From Rickettsia typhi (GTDB lineage Bacteria; Pseudomonadota; Alphaproteobacteria; Rickettsiales; Deianiraeaceae), in NCBI GenBank assembly GCA_945898725.1, contig CAMDIK010000007.1, positions 3,859-67,858 on the forward strand: a stretch of 64,000 nt of DNA, in the 5' to 3' direction. Position numbers and translations under genes: made by a program. A model generated the notes under the pieces. The model saw only the letters and a program-made list of their open reading frames with translations. It did no database searches and was not told the DNA's origin. Positions 49,835 to 59,400 of the stretch are shown here, piece after piece. The stretch's first letter is position 1. Each line of letters begins with the position of its first letter.

Positions 49835-51323
49835 TTACCTCTGCTAAAAAACAACAAAATTCACCTTTTTGAATAGCATTTTTCGGGAAAATTACGAACG
49901 AATCTCTGCTGGCTGAAATATTTTCACCCCCGTCATTTGCAAAATTTTCGCCTGATTTTACCAATGTAAAATTCGCTATATTTTCTTGTGCGAAGCGGAA
50001 ATTGCCTGATTTTGCTACGATTTTATCGTATATTCTGAATTTTTTCACCCCCGCTGCGGTTGTTGTGAATTCTTTTCTAAAATGCGCCTGAATTAATTCC
50101 ATTGACTCTTTTGAAAAATATTTCGGATTTTTAAAGGTACTTCCAACTGTTTTTCTGCCAATAGGTTGAGTTTTGGCACGCTTTTCTGAAATTTCTTTCA
50201 TTTTTTTCAAAATTTTCTCACATTCACCACTCTGCCCTTCTAAAACCACTTTAGTTATTATTATATCGCTTGGTAAATTCGCGCTTCTATATGTAAAATT
50301 TACATCTTTTTTATGCAAAATTCCAATATTTCCCGCAAAATCAACATACTCGCAGGAGGTAAAAATATCGGATATTTCCCGCCCATAGCAACCCGCGTTC
50401 ATGTGCACATTCCCCCCGATTGTGCCTGGAATTCCTATTAAAAACTCCATTCCTGATATGCCATTTTCAGCTGCAAATTGTGCCACGGAAAAATCTAAAG
50501 CCCCTGCCCCAACTTCTATTTTTTTCTCTGAAATTTTTCGCATTCCGGAAAAGCCTTTTTTCAGGGAAATTACAGCCCCGCGCACGCCTTTATCGCGCAC
50601 AATTGTGTTTGATCTTGCCCCAATAACGGTTAAAGAAAGGGAATTTTCCGCCTCTAAAATGGTGCATTTTTCCTGTATTATTCGCATAATTCCATCAAGT
50701 GCAACTTTGCTACAGGAATTTTCAATTGACCCCGCTTCGATTGTTACGCCAATTCCTCCATTTCTATCAATAAATGAGTCAAAACTGGTGAATAAATCTT
50801 TGTCTTCTTGGGAAAAGTTCCCCCCGGGAGAAATTATTGTATTTATTTCAAAATTTTCAGCAATTTCAAGATGAGGCAGGGAATTTTTGCAGAAAATAAA
50901 TGGCTTCGAAGCCCTGATCGTTGAGTGAACGTCCAGCAAAATATCACAATTTGAAAAGAACGGAAGTATTGCAACAAGCCTTGCACGCTCGGTATTTGTT
51001 CGATTTCCCACCAGGTTTTCAAGACCTTCAAGACCAAGCAGGCGATTCATGTCTTCCACAACGAATCGCACATTTTGCCTTATTGCCTCTATATTTGCAC
51101 AGATAAATGTCACTTTTCCTGAAGATATTCCGCATTTATCCAGGTGTGGTATTGCGCTTTGCATAATATCAAGCCCGACTGTTTCATTTCCGTGTACGCA
51201 CAGGGTTATTGCTATGTGCGCGCCGGGTTTTTCGCCTTTTATTTCAAAAATACCCTTCCCCAGCTTGGAAAATCTTTGAAAATTCAGCGATATTTTTTCT
51301 AACAAATTGTCAATTTCCTGCAT
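49827..51323 (-). CDS. Chimeric protein: AstE/AspA-family zinc deacylase core (aa ~1-215) fused to a MurB-like (UDP-N-acetylenolpyruvoylglucosamine reductase-like) domain (aa ~215-498)
   Basis: The N-terminal half has CVHGNETVG, ANIEAIRQNVRFVVEDMNRL, DILLDVHST and GVTIEAG, the zinc and catalytic residues of the succinylglutamate desuccinylase/aspartoacylase family. The C-terminal half has VIGARSNTIVRDKGVRGAVISL, GMEFLIGIPGTIGGNVHMNAGCYG, FTYRSANLP and TQPIGRKTVGSTFKNP, all MurB motifs. The region after that is poorly conserved. Confidence 0.7.
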   Translation of the reverse strand: MQEIDNLLEKISLNFQRFSKLGKGIFEIKGEKPGAHIAITLCVHGNETVGLDIMQSAIPHLDKCGISSGKVTFICANIEAIRQNVRFVVEDMNRLLGLEGLENLVGNRTNTERARLVAILPFFSNCDILLDVHSTIRASKPFIFCKNSLPHLEIAENFEINTIISPGGNFSQEDKDLFTSFDSFIDRNGGIGVTIEAGSIENSCSKVALDGIMRIIQEKCTILEAENSLSLTVIGARSNTIVRDKGVRGAVISLKKGFSGMRKISEKKIEVGAGALDFSVAQFAAENGISGMEFLIGIPGTIGGNVHMNAGCYGREISDIFTSCEYVDFAGNIGILHKKDVNFTYRSANLPSDIIITKVVLEGQSGECEKILKKMKEISEKRAKTQPIGRKTVGSTFKNPKYFSKESMELIQAHFRKEFTTTAAGVKKFRIYDKIVAKSGNFRFAQENIANFTLVKSGENFANDGGENISASRDSFVIFPKNAIQKGEFCCFLAEVNE

Positions 51324-51324
51324 A

Positions 51325-52167
51325 TTAATAGTTATACATTTTTTCGTCAGATTCTATCACCGTGCCTATTCCATCTTTGGAAAAAATCTCATTTACCAGG
51401 GAATTTTGCTCTAACCCGCTGATAATATGTATTTTTGAAACACCCCCAAAAATGCTCTCTTTTATGTTTTCCATTTTCACAAACATGCCATCTTTTATTG
51501 CCCCGGAATTCATTAGCGGTTCAATTTCGCTATATTTTATAACCGAAATTTTACCCCCATCCCTGTTCATAACAAATGGAACATCTGATATAAAAATAAT
51601 CTTGTCCGCACCGATGGCAACTGCTATTTTACTTGCCGTTGTGTCTGCATTTATATTCAAAATTTCGCCATTTTGATGGTTAATTCCCAGGCTCGCGCAC
51701 AGCAAAATACCTTCGTTATTCAAAATTTCGCGAATTTTATTTCCATGAACAACAAAAATGTTGCCAACCATGCCAAAATTTCCAACACTCCGCTTTTCAA
51801 TGCCTATAATGCTATTATTTATGGGAAAATGCGAAACAAATGACGCACTTTGCAGGTTTAACATGCCGGAAATATCGGCTATAATTTTCCCGCAGCACAT
51901 TTTTGCGCATTCTATATCGCCATCCAGCGTAACCCTTCTTCCGTTGATTTTTTCCGGCTTTCGATTGTAAATTTTCTCCGACATTTCGTCCAATTGCACG
52001 CCAAATCCGCAAATAATTACAATTTTCACCCCATAATTCTGAAGAGCCTTGATGTTTTCTGTAACATTTTGCAAAGCTTCGTGATTATTTAGAACCTTAC
52101 CGCTAATTTTGATAACAAATATCGAGTTTTTGAATGCTAATTTGTAAAAAGATTCATTGTGATTCAT
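51325..52167 (-). CDS. argB: N-acyl-glutamate kinase (ArgB, amino-acid kinase family)
   Basis: VIKISGKVL, VIICGFGVQ and LNINADTTASKIAVAIGADKIIFISDV. Confidence 0.88.
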   Translation of the reverse strand: MNHNESFYKLAFKNSIFVIKISGKVLNNHEALQNVTENIKALQNYGVKIVIICGFGVQLDEMSEKIYNRKPEKINGRRVTLDGDIECAKMCCGKIIADISGMLNLQSASFVSHFPINNSIIGIEKRSVGNFGMVGNIFVVHGNKIREILNNEGILLCASLGINHQNGEILNINADTTASKIAVAIGADKIIFISDVPFVMNRDGGKISVIKYSEIEPLMNSGAIKDGMFVKMENIKESIFGGVSKIHIISGLEQNSLVNEIFSKDGIGTVIESDEKMYNY

Positions 52168-52179
52168 GTGCTAAAAAAA

Positions 52180-53172
52180 TTATGGATAAATTGGATTTAT
52201 ATTTACAAGCCCGGCATTTTGATTAAAATCAAACATTAAATTCATGCACTGCACCGCATTTCCCGCCGCACCTTTTACCAAATTGTCAATTGCCCCTTGT
52301 ATTAAAATTGTATTATTATCTAATATTGTGTATGAAATATCGCAGAAATTTGCCCCAATAACATTGGCCAATTCAACCTTTTCAACCCTTCTGATAAATT
52401 CATACTGAATGTTAAATTTTTCCAAGCATTTTTCCGCAGGCTCCTGGGTTTTTACGATGCAATTTGCAAATATTCCGCGCACAAATGGCCCGGAAGACGG
52501 AATCATATTCAGTGAAATCTTCGGAAAAGACTGTAAAATTTCGCCAATATGCCTGTGTTTATTGATATTATAGCTAAATAAATTATGGCTTCTGATCGGG
52601 TGGTGCGTGGTATTTGAAATTTTTTTACCACTACCACTTGAACCTGTAATTGCAAAAATATCCACAGTTTTAGCAAAATTTTCCAATGGCAAAAGGCATA
52701 ATTGCGATAAAATTGCAAAGCACCCCGGGTTGGCGATGGCAATTGCATTTTTCACCCCTTCGATATTTTTTTCCACAAATCCGTATGTGAATTTCTGCGA
52801 TAAATCTTCAGAAAAACCCACGTCTGGGTAGTATTTTTCATGTAATTCCTGTGATTTTAAGCGAAAATCTGCCGAAAGATCGATAATTTTTGTAAAACCT
52901 AGCATTTTTCTGACATATTCATGAGATTCCCCGTGCGGAAGGGCTAAAAAAACGCAGTCGCTGTCTTGCACAATTTCCTCAATGCTTGCGGTTGTAAAAT
53001 TCCCCCCCCAGTGAGAGAGGTGCAAAATGCTGTCTCCTATTCTTGTTCCTGCTAAATTTCGTGAGAAAATATGCAAAATTTCAACGTTCTGATGGGCGGA
53101 TAAAATTCGCAAAAGTTCCATGCCCGTGTAGCCAAGCGCGCCTATTATTGATACTTTAATTTTCCCGTTCAT
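52180..53172 (-). CDS. argC: N-acyl-gamma-glutamyl-phosphate reductase
   Basis: VSIIGALGYTGMELLRIL and the active-site region IANPGCFA. 330 aa. Confidence 0.88.
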   Translation of the reverse strand: MNGKIKVSIIGALGYTGMELLRILSAHQNVEILHIFSRNLAGTRIGDSILHLSHWGGNFTTASIEEIVQDSDCVFLALPHGESHEYVRKMLGFTKIIDLSADFRLKSQELHEKYYPDVGFSEDLSQKFTYGFVEKNIEGVKNAIAIANPGCFAILSQLCLLPLENFAKTVDIFAITGSSGSGKKISNTTHHPIRSHNLFSYNINKHRHIGEILQSFPKISLNMIPSSGPFVRGIFANCIVKTQEPAEKCLEKFNIQYEFIRRVEKVELANVIGANFCDISYTILDNNTILIQGAIDNLVKGAAGNAVQCMNLMFDFNQNAGLVNINPIYP

Positions 53173-53173
53173 G

Positions 53174-54208
53174 TTACAAAACTTTACTTAAAATTGCCAC
53201 AATACTATCCACTGAATTTCGCCTAATTGCGTTAAAAACCCCAATATCTACAGTCTTTTTTATGATATTCACCCCAACCATATTATCCGTTACCGGCCCG
53301 GATAAAATGTCTGGTTTAATGCCAATTTTCAAGCAATCTTCATAGATTTTTAGGCTTCCTGGTATGTCATTTGCGCAAATTATGCACAGTGATATGCTAT
53401 TTTTTATTTCCTCGTCCAGTAATAGCTCTTTTACGCCATAATTTCCGTATAGCCCGTCTCCAAGTTCCAAAAAAATCACATCCGCATCTGTGTTATTTAG
53501 ATGATTTATAATGCCTTTCGTTGACTGAATGACTAAATTTTTGTCCTCAATGCACGTTGAAGGAAGCCCGCAATCAACAAATGAAGCCCCGGTAAAACAG
53601 CCACAATCTATCATTTGATAAACATCTTTCATCGCCCCAACGCCTGTAACTTTTGCAACGGCTATATTCTTATTTTCCGAAGCCAAAATTTGTATAATAC
53701 TACTGGCAGTTGTAGTTTTTCCCGAATTCATTCCCGTGCCAACAACGGTTACAATCTTTTTTTTATTTTGTAAATTACTGGCCGGGCTGATGGTTTGATA
53801 GTTTTTAAGCAGCATTTGCTTGCCATTTTCATCAAGAATTGCGCCTATAACACTGCATTTTACAGGACCTCCAACGCTTGAGTTGTAATCTAAACACTCC
53901 CCAGCAACGCCTGCAATATTTAAAACATCCAGCGCATCTCCGGGGTGTAATATTTTTGGAACAACCCCGCACATTCCCTGCATTGCAAATCTTGTTCCCA
54001 AAACCACGGGAATTACATCGCCTTGATATAATACGCACATTCTGCCGGATTTTAATTCAAGTATATTGTAATTCGTGTTCGCATTTACAACTTTCACAGC
54101 CAAAACCGTGCCCATTTCTGCTTGAATATTTTTTGAAATCATCACCTCACGCGGTAGGTTTATATTTTTTGTAATTGACGATATTTTATTTAGAATTATT
54201 TTTTCCAT
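53174..54208 (-). CDS. Walker-A (P-loop) protein of unknown family embedded in the arginine operon
   Basis: 344 aa. The N-terminal ~150 aa are beta-rich. A Walker A motif VTVVGTGMNSGKTTTASS lies at aa ~154-170, followed by IAVAKVTGVGA and DVIFLELGDGLYGNYG. The start overlaps the argF' stop by 23 nt and the stop lies 1 nt before the argC start. Confidence 0.7.
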   Translation of the reverse strand: MEKIILNKISSITKNINLPREVMISKNIQAEMGTVLAVKVVNANTNYNILELKSGRMCVLYQGDVIPVVLGTRFAMQGMCGVVPKILHPGDALDVLNIAGVAGECLDYNSSVGGPVKCSVIGAILDENGKQMLLKNYQTISPASNLQNKKKIVTVVGTGMNSGKTTTASSIIQILASENKNIAVAKVTGVGAMKDVYQMIDCGCFTGASFVDCGLPSTCIEDKNLVIQSTKGIINHLNNTDADVIFLELGDGLYGNYGVKELLLDEEIKNSISLCIICANDIPGSLKIYEDCLKIGIKPDILSGPVTDNMVGVNIIKKTVDIGVFNAIRRNSVDSIVAILSKVL

Positions 54209-55232
54209 CGGACATTAAAAACAAATTGTGCATTAGTGAAATTTGACTCCAAAGGCGATTTTCCGCCTCATTTATTATAACAGAATTCGCGCAATCAAGC
54301 ACATTGCTTGAAACTTCAATATCTCGCCTCACGGGAAGGCAGTGCATAAAAAGCGCATTATTTGTGAGGTTCATTTTGCCCAAATCAAGCATCCAATTTT
54401 GATATTTTGTATAGTAATCATCGGAGTTTTCAAGGGTTTTATTTTGCAAATTTTCAAGTGAAAGCCAAGATTTTGCAATAACAACATCCGCACCGGAAAG
54501 TGCCTGATTTTGATTGTATTCTATGTTAAAACTTTTTGAATATTTTGCAACTTTATCAAGGCATTTTGTGCTTAATTCAAACCCTGGCGGGCATGCCAGA
54601 GTAACATTTGCGCCAAGCATTGCTGGGGATAAAATTTGCGATTGCGGTGTTGCAATTGGCAAATGTTTAATGTGCGGCGCGTAGGTTATTACCACTTTTT
54701 TCCCAGAAAAATCAACGTTATTTTCAAAATTTTCCGCCATTGTCACCAAATCCGCCAGCCCTTGCATCGGGTGAAAGGCATCTGATTCCAAATTTACAAT
54801 CAAAGCCTTCGAAAAACTTGCAAAATTATAGATAAAATCGTCATTTATTAGCGATTCCGGGGAAATATTGGCATCCCCCCTGCCCCCAATAAAATTGCTA
54901 TTTCTAAGCCCGATAATATCCGAATATCGCGACAAAACCCGCGCGGCTTCTTTAATGTGCTCTGGTTTGTCGGAATTCATGGGTACATTTTCCGTTTCAA
55001 ATTTGTATAAACTGCTCATATTTTCGCAAATTACGCTCATTTGCATTTTTTGCGCGGCAATTGAAGATGAAATTCTTGTTCGCAAAGACTCGTTAAAAAA
55101 CAGAAATAATGCTGATTTATCGGGGTATTTTGGAATTAATTGCGGGTTATTCTTAAAAGCAATTGCGTCTAGTGTGACTTTTTTTACAAAATCTAAACCA
55201 AATTCGTCTCCAATTATAAAATTATTTCCCAT
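54186..55232 (-). CDS. argF: N-acyl-L-ornithine carbamoyltransferase (ArgF' type; succinylornithine-type signature)
   Basis: FFNESLRTR (S-x-RTR), HPMQGLAD and FMHCLPVRRD are present, and the canonical ornithine-binding DxxxSMG motif is absent. The segment YKFETENVPMNSDKPEHIKEAARVLSRYSDIIGLRN and VVITYAPHIKHLPIATPQS closely parallel Bacteroides fragilis ArgF' as I recall it. Confidence 0.8.
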   Translation of the reverse strand: MGNNFIIGDEFGLDFVKKVTLDAIAFKNNPQLIPKYPDKSALFLFFNESLRTRISSSIAAQKMQMSVICENMSSLYKFETENVPMNSDKPEHIKEAARVLSRYSDIIGLRNSNFIGGRGDANISPESLINDDFIYNFASFSKALIVNLESDAFHPMQGLADLVTMAENFENNVDFSGKKVVITYAPHIKHLPIATPQSQILSPAMLGANVTLACPPGFELSTKCLDKVAKYSKSFNIEYNQNQALSGADVVIAKSWLSLENLQNKTLENSDDYYTKYQNWMLDLGKMNLTNNALFMHCLPVRRDIEVSSNVLDCANSVIINEAENRLWSQISLMHNLFLMSDGKNNSK

Positions 55233-55234
55233 AT

Positions 55235-56440
55235 TTACTCAAAATCATTAGAATATCTTGTCCAGTATGCATTTTTTGCCTCAAATGAGTGCAGTTTTGC
55301 AAAAGATTTTGCGTCCGCGCCGCTCCATGCGGACATTGTTTCGCCGTATGTTCCAACCGTTTTGTTAAACATTGAATATCTGGAATTTATCGACTCCACT
55401 TGCAAATTTCCATGAGAAATTGAAAGCACAACCTCCCCGGTTACAAAATTATTCGCGCTATTTATCATCGCCTCAATATCCAGCAGCAGCGGTTCGTAAA
55501 AATGCCCCTCGTGAATCATGTCTCCATAGACATTTCCCAGGTGATTTTTCCAGAAAATTTGTTTAGAAGTGAGAACGGTTTTTTCAAGCTCGCAGTGGGC
55601 GAAAATCAAGATTTTATAGCCCGGCGCCTCAAATCCAAGGCGCGCTTTTAGACCCAAAATTGACGTTCCTATGTGGTAGCCCCTGCCGTACCCAGTGGAA
55701 AAACCAATTTCATTCAATGCTTGCATAATTTCAACCCCGGATTGAGATTTTCCGTTAATTTTCATGATATTTCCTGCCTCAAATTCCAAGGAAATTACGT
55801 GTTTTTGCAAATTATTGCACTTATTTGCGTTGGGAAATGCCAAATCTGGCAGTGATTGTTTGGTATCCAGCGTCTCCTTCCCCCCGATGGTATTTCCAAT
55901 TAATCCAGTATTTACAGAGTAATCTTTGTTTTTTGCATCAAATTCCACGCCCTTGCTTTTGATATATTCTAAAGTTTTTTCTCTGGAAAGCCCAAGTTCG
56001 CGAATTGGCGCGAAAATCTCCATTTTTGGCAGAATTGTTTGTAAAGATGACTCAAATCTTATTTGATCTCCACCCGCGCCCGTTGAGCCGTGTGCTATGG
56101 CAGAAATTTCAGAATTGTTCTTAGATATTTTGCATATTTCCTCAACAATCACAGCTCTTTCAGGGCCAACGCACGGCGGATATGTTCCATTTCTGAGGTA
56201 ATTTGCTTTTATTAAGGGAGAGACAAATTTTGCAAATAAAGCGTTGCCGGCGTCAACGTGATAATGCTTTTTTGCACCCAATTTATACGCCCATTTTTCA
56301 ATTTTTTCATTCTCTTTGTGGGAAAATCCACCGGTGTCAACCGTTATTGTTTCAACCTGAAAACCCTGCTCTTGCAGGTAAAGCAGGCAAAATGTTGTAT
56401 CCAAACCGCCCGAAAATGCTAATAAAACCGTTCTTGACAT
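55235..56440 (-). CDS. argG: Argininosuccinate synthase
   Basis: LAFSGGLDTTFCLLYL (PP-loop), AHGSTGAGGDQIRFE. 401 aa. Confidence 0.93.
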   Translation of the reverse strand: MSRTVLLAFSGGLDTTFCLLYLQEQGFQVETITVDTGGFSHKENEKIEKWAYKLGAKKHYHVDAGNALFAKFVSPLIKANYLRNGTYPPCVGPERAVIVEEICKISKNNSEISAIAHGSTGAGGDQIRFESSLQTILPKMEIFAPIRELGLSREKTLEYIKSKGVEFDAKNKDYSVNTGLIGNTIGGKETLDTKQSLPDLAFPNANKCNNLQKHVISLEFEAGNIMKINGKSQSGVEIMQALNEIGFSTGYGRGYHIGTSILGLKARLGFEAPGYKILIFAHCELEKTVLTSKQIFWKNHLGNVYGDMIHEGHFYEPLLLDIEAMINSANNFVTGEVVLSISHGNLQVESINSRYSMFNKTVGTYGETMSAWSGADAKSFAKLHSFEAKNAYWTRYSNDFE

Positions 56441-56446
56441 ATAAAA

Positions 56447-59400
56447 CTAAAAATACTCACTAATAGACATAATATTTACAATATTTTCCGAGGAAAATGC
56501 ATATTCAGCAGCCTTTAAATAGGTTAAAAATGTGTGCAAATTTGAGAAATATTGCATTGACCCAACCTGACTTTGACTGAAGTTATTTTCCGTTAAATTG
56601 CAGAGGATGTCGCTTGATTTTGCGTGCTGAATTTTTAACAACATTTCTTCAATTTCTCCGCTTGAATAGACTTCAATTTCTTTATAAAGCTTCTTAAGTT
56701 TACTGATTAAATTCCCAGTAATTTCAGGATTATCTGCAAGTAAAAATATTTTAGATTCCTTATTAAGTTTGTACCCGGCGGAGATCATTCCCTTGTAAAA
56801 AGATTCTTGCGCAGATTTTCCAATTCCAATCACCTCGCCCGTTGACTTCATTTCCGGGGAAAGATTCATTCCGGCTTTTGGAATTTTTCGTGTTGAAAAT
56901 ACTGGTATTTTTGCCACAAAAATATCCTTTTTCGACAGCAAAGCTGTTTCAATTTTCCCGCCAAACATACAGCTAATTGCCATTTTAACCATATTAATTC
57001 CCATTATTTTCGTGATCACAGGAATGGTTCGCGAAGCCCTGGGATTTACTTCAATTGTGTAAATTTCCCCATTTTTTATAATAAATTGTATATTTATAAA
57101 CCCGATAATATTAAATTTTTTGCAAATTTTCTGCGTAATTTTCAGGATATTTTTACGCAAATCTTCCGGCAAATTGTCCGGATAAATTGCAATACTGTCC
57201 CCGGAATGCACACCAGATTCCTCAATATGCTCTAAAATTGCTGGAATAAATACGTTTTCCCCGTCTGAAATTCCGTCAATTTCAACCTCCAAACCCTGCA
57301 CATATTCGTCAATTACTATGGGGTAACTTTCTGGGTGTACGGAGGATATATAGTTTAAAAATTCAGCCTCATTGCGCAAAATTTTAATTCCATACCCGCC
57401 AATCACGAAAGATGGCCTTGCAATTGCCGGATAGAATATATCTTTTGCCTTTTCCGCGATGCATTTTTCCGAATGAATTAGGATTGTTTTTGGGTAAAGA
57501 ACGCCAATTTCCCCCATTTTCTCGTGGAAAGTTGCTCTATTTTCGGTATCAACCATAGACTGAATAGCGGTGCCAAGTACGGGAACTTTTGTGCCAGTAG
57601 CATGAATATCAAATGCCATTTTTAACGCCATTTGCCCCCCGCATTGAAAAATTACACCCATTGGATTGAATGTGCGAACTATATTTAGCAAATATTCAGC
57701 CTTCATCGGTTCGAAAAATAGGCAATCTGCCATGTCAAAATCTGTGCTTAAAGTTTCAGGATTATTATTTAAAACGAATGCCTGATGTTTGAAATTTTTC
57801 ACTTCTTTTATGGCGTGAACACAGGAATAATCGAATTCTATGCCCTGCCCCACGGCTATTGGCCCGGAGCCGATTATTATTACAGCATTTTCCCCGTTAA
57901 TTTGGGCGGTTTCGCTGGATTCATTGTGTGCAGAATAGAGATAATTGCTGTTGCATTTGAATTCCGCCGCGCAAGAATCCACTTTTTTGTAAACATAGTT
58001 TGATTTTTTTGTATTTGGAACATATTTTTGCAAAATTTCCCAGTGAATTCCGTATTGTAATGCTAAATTTTCATCCTCCGGAGTTAAGCTATTTTTCTGT
58101 GAGACTTTATTCAGAATTTCTGCTATATTTTGCATTTTTTTCAAGAACCAAGGGGTAATTCCTGTGTTTTGAGCAATTTTTTCTATTTTCACACCGGACT
58201 TTAGCAAATTTAAAATCTGCATAAGCCTATCTGCGCTTGGAACCTTAATTTTCTCAAGCAAATCTTCAGAAATTTCCTTACTTGGTGCAAAAATTGCCTC
58301 GTTATATAGCGTAAAAAGCCCTTTTACCAACGCACCCTCAAAGCTTCTGTCAATCACCATAACCTCGCCCGTTGACTGCATTTGTGTGCCTATTGTTCTA
58401 TCTGTAACTTTGAATTTTTCGAAGTTCCATTTGGGAATTTTCACAACAACGTAGTCAATAACCGGTTCGCATGCTGCGCTGGAATTTTTTGTCATAAAAT
58501 TCTTAATTTCGTGCAAATTTTTTCCGATGGCAATATTTGCAGCAATTTTTGCAATTGGGTAACCCGTTGCCTTTGAAGCAAGCGCGGAAGACCTGCTAAG
58601 TCTGGGATTTACCTCAATAACACAGCATTTTGCGTTATCCGGCGACACCGCAAGCTGAACATTGCAAGCGCCTTCAATTTTCAAATTTCTAACTATTTTT
58701 ATAGACAAACTGCGCAATTTTTGGTAAGTTTTGTCGTCTAAAGTCTGGGAAGGGGTAACAACTATGCTATCGCCCGTGTGCACGCCAACCGGGTCGATAT
58801 TTTCCATGTTGCAAATTGCGATGCAAGTGTCATTTTTATCACGAATTACCTCATATTCAATTTCCTTCCAGCCGTATAAGCTTCCCTCTACTAAAATTTG
58901 CCCGATTGTGCTGGAATTAATGCCAAGTGTAGCAATTTTTCTGAATTCTTCTTCATTATGCACAACGCCGCTACCCGTTCCACCAAGCGTGAAGGCTGAT
59001 CTTATCATCACAGGGAATTTTATTTTTTTTGCAAATAACAAAGCGGCTTCAAGGTCTGTAAAAGCTGCGCTTTCCACCGGATCTTCCCCTATTGATCTTA
59101 AAAATTCTGCAAAAAGCTTTCTATCCTCTGCAAGTTTTACGGCTTCAATGTTAGTTCCGATGAATTTTACGCCATATTTTTCCAAAATTCCCGATTCATA
59201 AAGCAAGCAACCCATGTTCAAACCTGTTTGCCCGCCAAAAGTTGGTAAAATGCAATTAATTTTCTCTCGCTGGATGATTTTTTCAACTGTTTCCAGAGTC
59301 ATTGGTTCTATGTAAACCCTGTCTGCAATGGAATTATCCGTCATTATTGTTGCGGGATTGCTATTCAAAACAACGGTTTTATAGCCCGCCTCACGAAGAG

